Shown in pieces: positions 33,987 to 44,645 of a stretch of DNA of 64,000 nt. The DNA is from Oculina patagonica (taxonomy: Eukaryota). The position numbers were made by a program, and so were the translations under genes. The DNA lies in NCBI RefSeq assembly GCF_052425735.1, contig NC_135761.1:24180001-24244000 (forward strand), read 5' to 3'. Positions within the stretch are counted from its first letter, which is position 1; every line of letters starts with the position of its first letter. A model generated the notes under the pieces. The model ran no database searches. It saw only the letters and a list, made by a program, of their open reading frames with translations, and had not been told where the DNA came from.

Positions 33987-34268
33987 GTAACTTATATATA
34001 TGTCTGAATTTATCAAAACCAGGTCAAAGAAATTTTCACCGTTTAAGCGCAAATCGCTCTCCAAACTCGATGATATAAAAACTAAAAGGAATGTCAGTCT
34101 TTTTTTCTCTTCTCCTCTCTCTTCTCTACCCTTCAGCGCTGTATTTATTTTTTTTTCCCCTTTCTTGTGGTATTTTAAGCCAATTCGCGCAGTAACGTAC
34201 TTGTTCAAGAATACTGACGTCACTTTCCTTTGACCCGGTTTTGATAAATTCAGACATATATATGTTAC
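33987..34268. mobile_element. MITE with ~45-bp inverted ends
   Basis: ATATATGTCTGAATTTATCAAAACCAGGTCAAAG / CTTTGACCCGGTTTTGATAAATTCAGACATATAT. Confidence 0.7.
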
Positions 34269-34685
34269 AAGACAAATTTTACAAATGTCACACGCATAAT
34301 CCCGTAGTTATGAAACAGAACAAAGCAAGAAATCGTAACCAAGTTTTAGGCAAATAATGTCAGTTCCTTTGTGGATTTAATTCCAGTGTTCAGGCCAATT
34401 GCCCAGTTCTTTTAAACACTCTTGAGAAGTGAATGTGAATCATAATATAATAACAGCTCAGAGCAAGTCATCTTTAAACTAAACACTGAGGGGAAGTTTT
34501 AGCTAGACAAACAAACAAACAAAAAAAAAATAAAACAAATTTATGGGTTTCTTGATAATCTCTTGATCACTCACTTCGCAGAAGTTCATGTTTCGCTGAA
34601 ATGCAAAGGAGAATAACATCTAATGTAAAAGTCAACTTTGTAAAGTTAGTGCCTACAGGAACCTAAAGTTAAAACTGCTGGCGAT

Positions 34686-35631
34686 TTAACAGCACCAACC
34701 AGACGCTTGTGGTGTTGTATTTGCTTCCAGCCTTACACTTTCTCGAACAGTTTGGACTCTTTCGTAAACTTCCTCAGCGCTTGGCCTGTCTTTTGCGTTG
34801 TACGATAAGGCATCAAGAGTGACTCTTCGTTGGGAAGTCGATCCTTGAGTCTCAGGCGAAAACTTAACTTTGGCATTTGGATTGCTGGACATGGCGTACC
34901 CCAGACCAACTTTGTCCCAACCAAGGCTAAAAAAGGCACCGTAATACGGCTTTTCTTCGAAAATGACGTAATCCCTTTCCAGAATTGCAAAGAAGATCAC
35001 TCCAAGTGAAAATACGTCCGCCTTTCCAATGTGGTGTCCGCTGAATACCTCAGGAGCAATCCAGAATGGTGTGCCAGCCAATGTGTTCATGTAGTACTGT
35101 TTGTAGAACGTCAACCACTCGTTCACGGGATCTGCGCGCTTGAGTGCGATATATTTTCGTGCCAGACCGAAGTCCACCAACTTTACATCTTCATTGTTTG
35201 TAAGCAGCAAATTTTCTGGTTTTAGATCACGGTGAACCATGCCATTCTTGTGGAGGTACCTCAGAGCATCTGCAGTTTGACTCATCCACTTCAGGTTCAT
35301 CTCGTCGCTGCTTCGTCGTGTTAAGCGCTCGTTTAGACTTCCACCGGCACACAACTCAGTTAAAATCAGAAAGTGTCTTGTGCCAGATATTTCTCTAACC
35401 GTGTCAACGCCTAGGATGGTGATAATGTTGTTGTGGTTGACTACTTGGGCGAGATTCTTGGCCTCACTAACAGCATTACTAAGACTACTTTCGTTTTCAC
35501 GACGAATGTCCTTTAGAGCGAACACTTCCGAGCTAGCTTCGTCTTTGACTTTGTACACGACACCATGCAAACGCGCCTTTTCCGAGTGTCTTCTGAACCG
35601 TTAAGCGTCTCTCCCCAACCTGAACTTGTTG
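34686..35631 (-). pseudogene. Type-B kinase lacking its own ATG and promoter, joined to the tail of the upstream kinase; +4 frameshift in the Gly-rich loop
   Basis: QQVQVGERRLTVQKTLGKGAF, then a 4-bp insertion (35565-35568), then open to GWCC-stop at 34686. Confidence 0.8.
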
Positions 35632-35654
35632 GAGCCTTATTGCTTGGCGAATGT

Positions 35655-36569
35655 TCATGACTTGAGCGCTCCCTCTTGAGCGCTTGGTCGATCATTTGGG
35701 TTGTACTGCAAGGTCTCGAGAGCGACTCTTTGCAGAGCGTTGGACCCTTGTGCATAGCTTGAGAATGCAATTCGGATACGGCGATCAACCTCTTCCATTG
35801 CAAGCCCAAGGCCAATTTTGCCTACACCAGGAATATCTACAAAGGCACCGTAAATTGCTTTCCCAGCAATCACGATGACATCCCTCTCAAGGATTGCGAA
35901 AAACAGCGTACCAAGGGAAAAAATATCGGCTTTTTCTGTGTAATGGCCAGTGAAAAATTCAGGTGCCATCCAGTGTATGGGGCCAATTCCTGAGCTCATG
36001 TAGTATTGCTTGTAAGTGGTCAACCATGAACCGTCGTCTTGTTGAGCGTAGGATCGTTGTGTGAGTGCGGTGTATTCGCGAGCAAGACCAAAATCAGCCA
36101 ACTTTGCATCCTCCGTTGCGGTTAGAAGCACATTATCCGCCTTCAAATCGCGGTGAACCACACCGCGTGAGTGGAGATGGGCAAGAGCTGCGGCTATTTG
36201 ACTTATCCACTTCAAATTCATTTCTCCACTACTCGGTCGAGCAAGGCGCTCGTTTAAACTTCCGCCCGAGCAGTACTTAGTCAAAAGCAGCATGTGTACG
36301 CCTTGTGTATCACGGAACTGATCTGCTCCCATGATGGCGATCACATTCTCGTGGAAGATTTTGTTTAGTGTTGTAGCCTCGCGGATAGCATTACGAAGCG
36401 CCGAGGCATTCAAACAAAGAACATCTTTTAATGCGTAGTCTGTGGAACTTTCCTCGTCTTTTACTTTGTAGACGACACCAAAAGCGCCATTGCCAAGTCG
36501 CCGTAGGATTCTAACTGTTTTGTTTCCAACTGAAACTCTTGATGGCAGATTTACAGCGGCCTGCTGCAT
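35655..36569 (-). CDS. Type-A' STK35/PDIK1L-like kinase, complete catalytic domain, tail lost by a late frameshift
   Basis: ATG at 36569; all kinase motifs present; GIGPIHWMAPE; ends RPSAQEGALKS* with no CC tail. Confidence 0.75.
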   Translation of the reverse strand: MQQAAVNLPSRVSVGNKTVRILRRLGNGAFGVVYKVKDEESSTDYALKDVLCLNASALRNAIREATTLNKIFHENVIAIMGADQFRDTQGVHMLLLTKYCSGGSLNERLARPSSGEMNLKWISQIAAALAHLHSRGVVHRDLKADNVLLTATEDAKLADFGLAREYTALTQRSYAQQDDGSWLTTYKQYYMSSGIGPIHWMAPEFFTGHYTEKADIFSLGTLFFAILERDVIVIAGKAIYGAFVDIPGVGKIGLGLAMEEVDRRIRIAFSSYAQGSNALQRVALETLQYNPNDRPSAQEGALKS

Positions 36570-37800
36570 TTTATGAGTTACTTTTCTCCCGTCTCGTCGT
36601 AAAAAAAGCAAAACGCGAGCTTTGAAGCGGAGGACAGTTTCTCGGAAAAAGCCTGTTTACCTGCTATTATTATTCAACAAGTTCACACGATGCCCGTATA
36701 TGGTCAGGAAGTCATTGTTATCCATCAGTCGTACATAAAAGATATCCTGTATTCGTCTTGCCAATTTGTTGAATAATAAAATACTTATCCTTGACTCGCT
36801 CTTGTCGCTCAACCGCTATTTAGGGCGAGGAAGGGAGAGTTCAGGAACTGGTCTATGCGTATCCTGCGATATACGTAGCTATAGTTTCCCAAGATTTGTC
36901 CGACGTCGTGCAAAGCGCTGCATATAAACGAATAATAAAACAAGTATCTTGCTCAAACTTTTAGAGTATCGTTTGATTTTAGCCAACTCGGCCTTCGCCC
37001 TCTCGTCGGCTAAGTATCAGGCGCTATTCCGCGCGATTTTCCTGGATAAGTGTTAAATATCATATCGGACGGCTATAAGGGAAAGGGAGAGACGAGATGG
37101 AGCATTAGAACTGATTACTTTCGAGGCGACTTTCAGCTTACAACTTAGGTTTTTACACATAGAGTAAAACTGACCATACAACCTTGAGGATAATTTTCTC
37201 AATTAGACGCACCCGGCGTTTATTTCAAAGTTGGCCTGGAAGACCCGGCGTTTCAAATACCGCCTCCTGTCCCACTACCTCGACAGATTCAGCGCGAGAA
37301 GTTCTAGTTTTGTGTGAAACGAGGTCACAAGTGAATGAAAGTGACAGTGAATCATAAACTGAAATATTTCCGGTAACAAAACCGGGAATGGATATGAAGG
37401 AGACGAGACACAAGAAGCAACCAAATAAACCACGTTTAAAGCTCATGTCTTCAAAGAGTGATTATTTAAGATTGGATATTTATTTGAAATGAAACTGAAT
37501 TGCTCAGTTCTTTTAAACACTTCTAAGAAGGGCATGTAAATCATAATAACAGCTCAGGACACAGCCATCTTTAAACTGAACGCAGTTAACAGCAAAGGAA
37601 AGTTTTAGCTATACAATTGAACAAAAAAGCATCAAAATAAAATCATGGGTTTCTTTGATAATCTCTTGATCACCTACTTCGCAGAGGTTTATGTTTCGCT
37701 AAAATACAAAGGAGAATGATATCTACTGTATAATTATATAAGTCAACTTTAGAGTTGGTGCCTACAGCTGAGACCAGAGTTAAAACGTACTGCCTGCGAT

Positions 37801-38760
37801 CTAACAGCACCCGCCAGACGCTTGTTGTGTCGTATCTGTCGTATTTGCTTCGAGCCTTATACTTTTTCGAACAGATTGGACTCTTTTGTAAATTTCCTCA
37901 GCGCTTGGCCTCTCGTTTGCGTTGTACAATAAGGCATCAAGAGTGACTCTTCGTTGGGAAGTTGTTCCTTGCGTTTGAAGCGAAAACAAAACTTTGACAT
38001 TTGGATTCAGTGACATGGCTGCCCCCAGACCAAGTCTCTCTTCATAACCAAGGAGGCTGACAAAGGCACCGTATTTCGGCTTTTCTTCGAAAATGATGTA
38101 ATCCCTTTCCAAAATTGCAAAGAAGATCACTCCAAGCGAAAACACGTCCGCCTTATCTGTGTAGTGGCTGCTGAAAACCTCGGGGGCTATCCAGAACGGT
38201 GTGCCAGCGAATGTGTTCATGTAATACTGTTTGTAGAACGTCAACCCCTCTTTTACTGGATCGGCACCCTTGAGTGCGATAAATTTTCGCGCCAGACCAA
38301 AGTCCGCCAACTTTACATCTTCATTTTTTGTAAGCAACACGTTGTCTGGTTTTAGATCACGGTGAACCATACCTTTCTTGTGGAGGTAGCTCAGAGCATC
38401 TGCAGTTTGACTCATCCACTTCAGGTTTATCTCGTCGCTGCTTTGTCGTGTTAAGCGATCGTTTAGACTTCCACCGGCACACAACTCAGTTAAAATCAGA
38501 AAGTGTGTTTGGCTAGTTTTTTCTTCAAACATGTCAACGCCCAGAATTGTGATTATGTTGTTGTGGTTGACTACTTGGCCGAGATTTCTGGCCTCACATA
38601 CAGCATTACAAAGACTGCGTTTGTCTTCACAACGAATGTACTTTAGAGCGAAAACTTTAGAGCTGACATTGTCTTTGACTTGGTAAACGATACCGAACGC
38701 GCCTTTTCCAAGTGTTTTCTGAACCGTTAAGCGTCTCTCCCCAACCTGAACTTGTTGCAT
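37801..38760 (-). CDS. Type-B STK35/PDIK1L-like kinase, intronless, 319 aa, GGCC tail
   Basis: ATG at 38760; LGKGAFGIV, FALK, HRDLKPDN, DFG, GTPFWIAPE; upstream DNA paralogous to 9066-9366. Confidence 0.88.
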   Translation of the reverse strand: MQQVQVGERRLTVQKTLGKGAFGIVYQVKDNVSSKVFALKYIRCEDKRSLCNAVCEARNLGQVVNHNNIITILGVDMFEEKTSQTHFLILTELCAGGSLNDRLTRQSSDEINLKWMSQTADALSYLHKKGMVHRDLKPDNVLLTKNEDVKLADFGLARKFIALKGADPVKEGLTFYKQYYMNTFAGTPFWIAPEVFSSHYTDKADVFSLGVIFFAILERDYIIFEEKPKYGAFVSLLGYEERLGLGAAMSLNPNVKVLFSLQTQGTTSQRRVTLDALLYNANERPSAEEIYKRVQSVRKSIRLEANTTDTTQQASGGCC

Positions 38761-40034
38761 TGTTGTCACTGGTCGAAGCTGAATTTTTTTGGGTTGCGAG
38801 TTTTGATAGTAAATGATGGAAGCCGTTGTGCCTGCTCGATCTAAGCGGAAGGAGGTTTTTCTTAGAAAACAAGTCACGTGATCAATATCTTGATTGTCAA
38901 GAAAAATCTAGAAGTGATACAGCTTCGTCCCCAGGCCTATTCGCGCTACACGAGTGAGCGGAAGAGGCTTGGATGAATATTTCGATTTGGAGGAATATTT
39001 GATTTTACAACTGACATGTATTACTTTAAACTACTTTCAACTTTCTTTCTTCACAGCTGAGTTCGGAGTCCATAGTAGCATCCTGTTCACACTAACTTAG
39101 CTAAACGTGAACATATTTATTTCCCTTGGGGTTAGTCATTAAGGCTGGTTTTCACTTGGAATAAACATAATTATAAGCAGAAGTGGATAAAAAGAACAAA
39201 CACACCCATTCTTCTTATGCTGTCCTCGAGTGTAATTAGCATAAACATATGCAGAAGAAAAGAAACAAGAATCCCCTTCCTTTCATATGGGAATCACCCT
39301 TTTATATGGGAGTCCCATATGAAGGAATGGAGATTCTCGTCGGAAAATTGGAAAATTTGAATGAAACCCTAAAGGAGACCAATCTAGGCGAGGCGCAATC
39401 TTTTTTTGACCCCTTAAAGATACAATTTTTGATGCCTAGTCGGTCTAGATGGCCAACACAGTTTGGCAACGTTTTTAATTTCGTCACGTTCAACCTTGAC
39501 GGCTAAAAATATTGGCGTTCTGTCCTGAACACCCTAAGTGAGATCAAACTCCGTAATTTACACCTCTTAGCGAGACGACGAGCATTCCCGTACCTTTCAT
39601 ATAGGAGACCCCGGACAAAACTGTTCGCTCTTCTTGTGCTTAATGTGCTTACACCACGTAAGGACAACTTAAGGAGGATGAGTGTGTTCGTTTTCTTATG
39701 CGCTCGTGCTTATGCTTAAGACTGTGCTTATGCCCATTGAAAGTCATCTGAGGAGAGACCAGTACTCATACCAGTTTTCGCTAAACAGGAAAGAAGCAAT
39801 AGCATTGTTAGTTCCAGAATTATTTTTCGCGGAAGGAGTGTTTAAATTTTTAAGGTTGGTACTTCAGATTTTATTTTTTTACCCTTGAAATAAACGCCAA
39901 ACCAACAAAATCGATTCTTCAATGAAGCCCTGCATTTCGGAAACTGCGAATAAATTGTGAATAAAATGTGAAGAAACTCCACTCAAGTAACTGGGATCTG
40001 GCTTGTACCCAGATAAGTTAGCAGAGACAGTTAA

Positions 40035-40836
40035 GGTCGCGCGGGACCCTTGCTCATTAATAAATTCATTGGCCAAATTTCTTGACGGAGTGCTATCTTG
40101 TAAAGCTTTAATTCACTATATTTTGAACATCGATTCCTCTAAAATTTAACAAGGATATTCAGGGATGATGGAATTACATCATGATTGTCCTTTTACTGAG
40201 AGATGACCGTTGTCTGTGATGTTACAAGCCCTTAAAAGTTTAACTGCAGATAATGCGTTTTTGTGTCCAAGTTTTCAGCTTGAACAGCGCACTAAACTAA
40301 ATGATTATATAGCGCAGTGATAAATCATAACCTCTTTTGTGCTATGGCTAGAACGAAATTTTCGATTTCAAAAACTGCTACAAGTTAATGGCTTCTAAGA
40401 GAGCAAAAATGTGAAATCTAAACTTCGAAACGTGCTATCTTCATTTTGAGAAGGAAATTTAAAAATTCGCTCTAGCCATAGCACAATAGAATACACCAAG
40501 TTTATGTTCCTCGCGAATCAACTCTTGAAATTCTATGTCGGCGGAGAAAACTTGGACACAAAATTGCAGGTTTTGAGGCTTCCGAAGACCTTCCGAGTCA
40601 ATGTTTACAAAAATGTGTGATATATTCAAAGCTGTGAATCTAATTATGATAATTCCCTATGTTTCAGCGCACGTGGCACAAAGCTGAGAACAATTACTAG
40701 TAATTACTTGTACAAAAGAGTGTGAAAACAAACATTCTCATGAATATTTCGTTTGTTGTCGGCTTCAGTCGTCCGGCAGTTCGTGCATACTCTTTAAATA
40801 AATACATACTAATGATTGCAAGGGTCCTGCGCGACC
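40035..40836. mobile_element. Kolobok-like MITE (802 bp)
   Basis: TTAA|GGTCGCGCGGGACCCTTGC...GCAAGGGTCCTGCGCGACC|TTAA. Confidence 0.8.
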
Positions 40837-41540
40837 TTAAAGCTGAAAAAGGCTAGTCACGCTTTCATCGTCGAATACAGTCAGGGTAAATACGTTAAAA
40901 TGACCTGTAAAATGGAGTTGTTTGGAGACAACAAATTTCTTCTCACCATTGAAGCGTGGCACACAAGAGAAAATTAAACAAATTTAAAACAGCTTCAGTA
41001 TGCAAAACCTTACTACTGCACGTCAAGTGCAATTGAAGAGTCGTTTAAATAAAGACAGCGGTTTGTTAATTTTCGAGAGCCGTATTATTAAATGCTGATT
41101 AATTAACATTTACAATGAAAACATCAACTCAACTTAGCGAGGAAGCCGAACAGGCCTGCCACTGGCATCAAAGTTCTCGATATAAAATCAAAGTCAGATA
41201 TTAAGCTATTTTCAAAAACCAGAGTTGCACAGAGTTGCGAAAACTGTTTAAGAAATCAAATTAAATCAAAGTAAAGTAACGATTAACTTACCTTGAAAAT
41301 AGAGTTGTGTTCAACGCATCGAAGAAGAACTTTGCAGTGTTGTCGTCCTTCGACTGAAGACATCTTGTTCAATGTTGCATACCATTCAACGTGCAGATGA
41401 ATAACAAAGACTGAACGTAGTTTAAAATTTCAAGCAGAATAAAGCTTCTTTTCCTTCTTTCATAGTGAATGCTAAGTGTGAAGTTATAGCGATTAAGAAA
41501 GGCGAAAACTGACCGCTAAATTTCACGGCGACACCTCTTC

Positions 41541-42941
41541 AATAGACCATTTGCATTATGACGTAAATACGCAAAGACTTCTGGTAGTTGTAGTTAAGTT
41601 CGCGGTAAAAATTTTGAATCGTCATCAAGCACGCTAGCCCAAGAAAATCGCGATGGAGGTAAAGAAAATTACTCTCACCGAAGAAGATCGTCCCTGTGGC
41701 TTCATTTAAAGGGCAAAAAGCAACCTCTCAATTTAAAACCAAGTCCGTTGAAATGAAAAAAACAGTTATGCGAGAAATTGTATATTTGCTGGTTGCGTTT
41801 TGTAGTGAAGTTTCAACGAGTGTTTCCTCCAGTCGAGTCTCAGTCGCGTGGTTATTTAATTCAATTCCTAAAACTTTTGCTTGCCAGGTATTTTCAAATA
41901 ATATACGAAGACGCAATATTTTACCCTTTCTAAACATGGGGGAGTACAGTACATGATGTCTACACTCGTAAAAATCTTTGAGGCTCACCTTTCGAGTCTC
42001 ACAAGTAATCGTTCATCAACAAGATTATGGAAATAAAATTATATTTGCTCGCACGACATTTCCAGCACAAAAACAAGAAAACTTCTTTGTTAAAGAATAT
42101 TGCAATTACAGTTCTAATTTGGCGAAAAAAGAAATAAAATTTTAAGATAAAAAAACAAATAATCTGTATTCACCTGCACGGGGAAGTTTTGATTGATCAG
42201 TTTGAAAATCCTTTATGATTGATTCATCGATGAAGCTCGATTGAACGAGGAAAATTATTTGACTCGTTTCTCTGTCTCACTGTAAAAATAAATTAAACTG
42301 ACCGTCCCGCCGAGCAATCATGATATATGGTAAATTTTCTAAGCTTTTCAGTGAAGAATTAATTCACCTGCGATGGATGGAAGCGATCGTTCGTTGAACG
42401 TCTGAAAATAGATGATGAACAAAGTCAATGGCTTGCCTTGCTTTCACTTGATTCCACACAAATTTAGTTATATCCTAGACTCGTCCTTTCAAGAAATCTG
42501 TTTCCAGTGCGCGATGTTTTGAAGCTGTTATTTTAGGCTAAAATTATTTACGAAGAGAAGTTGTCGGCCGCGATGAATGAATTTCTACCAAGTCAACTCC
42601 GCCACACAACGTGCATATTAAACTTGAACACGAACAACATTTGTCTGTCTTGGTTAAAACACAGAACTCAGTCAATTTTCATTCCAAAGCTATCATCCTG
42701 TTTTCTATATTTTTGACAGTTAACTGAAAAAATAAATGTATAAACAAATTTCGAAGCGACAAGAGCGTAAACTTTATATATATAGCAGCTCAACTTCAGA
42801 TCAAAATAAAAGTCCTGGATGTCCTTCTTCGCGCATGGCTGCCCTCAGCCAATCATAAGGCAGAAATGGTGTTTTCCCGCGAACCTAACTACAACTACCA
42901 GAAGTCTTTGCGCATTTACGTCATAATGCAAATGGTCTATT
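41541..42941. mobile_element. Non-autonomous DNA transposon with ~65-bp TIRs (AATAGACC...GGTCTATT)
   Basis: AATAGACCATTTGCATTATGACGTAAAT...ACTTCTGGTAGTTGTAGTTA mirrored at the right end. Confidence 0.8.
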
Positions 42942-44645
42942 CAAAGTGCATGATCTTTGTGGGAAGCGCAGCAGCAGTCGCAAATGCGATAAAAAGGCGG
43001 GAATTCTAATAAACGAAATCGAGGCTTTTACGCTTAACCTCTTCCCCAGGGCGTTTTTCCCGTAACTCGGTGTGTTCGGTGTGTTTATTGAAGTTATAAA
43101 TTTGATACAAAAAAGGGAAAACCGGATTTAAAGACGGCTTTGTTCCTAACATAATTATTAAAACATGGTATATACCGAATCTTCTCTTGACCGAATACAA
43201 TATGTGGCATATAGTGAGTTTTTAAAAAGCGGCATTCCGGGCCCCTATCCAGTTAAGCGATGCAAAAAATTTAGAGCGTCCCCATTTTCCCACTCCCGCA
43301 AATTATGAACAATTCCTACTGTAAAAAAAAAGAAACATTTAATGTAAATGTAGATTTCAGTCTTGGAAAGCGGGCGGTCCCTGATGAACCTACTGGAGTG
43401 GGAGCCTTGTATAACAGTCACGGGCACTCGTAAATTACCAGAATTTAGCGTTTTGGACGTCGTTCAACGAAGCCTGAGAAAAAACAGCATTAGCATACAG
43501 TGAAAACTGAAGTTTAATTCTTTTTATTAAATTAGAAAGGGACAGAAGAAACTAGCTAGAGGAGCGGTCATAATATTCTCTGCCCCAGCGTTGACGGGCC
43601 AAAGCCTTTGATAAAGGCGAAGCCGAAGCGTCATGATGTTGATAAAAACACTAACTTTTCAGTTGCTCAAGAAACTCCCGTGTTTATTGAACTATCCTTT
43701 AGCTAATATAAAAAGTCGTGCGTCTTTGTTCAAGTTTACTAGAATGCACAGAAATTGGTAAATTGACGTTGTTGACAGAGGATGACGTAGAAATGTACCA
43801 AGCAACCCTAGGCATAACTCTTGGCCTGGGACACTTGTTGTTTTTACACTTTAAACAGACAAAATATTTAGCAACTCCCCCTCTCTCCCCCTTTACAATG
43901 TCGTGGCTCGTAAAAAAAGAAAACAAATGCCTCTTATTGCCGCACGTCTTTTTTGCAACATTTGTTTTACTGTAGAGGTATTTGCTGGGGAAATAAGAGT
44001 GACAAAAGAGACATTAAGCATGACGTTATGCGGCAAACGGCAAACGCGAGCTTAATTGTCTTTAACTTTTTTACCTTTTTATCGAATTCTAAAATCAATC
44101 CCTCATAAATTAGTGAAAAAATCGCACATTCACGACAAAACTTCTCATTTCCGCGTACCAACGCCAAACGGAAGACAGCAGAAGTTGAATTTTTGCCGTT
44201 CGCTTGAAAAATAAACGTGATGCTTAATCTCTCTAAAGACGAGAATGAAGTAACGCAACTTTATAACTCAAACAGTAAACGACAAAATGCTGACAAGGCT
44301 CGATAATTCTAGAAGGTGATCTCGGTCGGCTCGCTCGACTAAGTGCTGTGTGCCCACGTGACAATGTTTATGAGCCCCATAATTCCACTACCTGAAAGGG
44401 GGGGGGGGGTGGTCATAATTTCGTAGCAATCGAGACGTATATTGTCACGTAATCGTTGTTGAAATAGCGTTGCCTTCGAGTTTTGCTTTAAAAACTCTCT
44501 ACCAGTTAGTAGAGATAAAACGCAAAAATTTTGAAACATATCTTGTCTGAATGAAGTCATTTTATTTTCGCTAGGTTCTTTAATAAATATAGTTTACTGA
44601 AACTGGAAAAATATGAAGAATGCAAGATTGTTACAAAACAAAAAC

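Noticed and set aside
35655-35658. ATGA stop-start overlap suggesting coupled translation
   Set aside because: By-product of the 11-nt frameshift; the downstream frame is broken again at 35565
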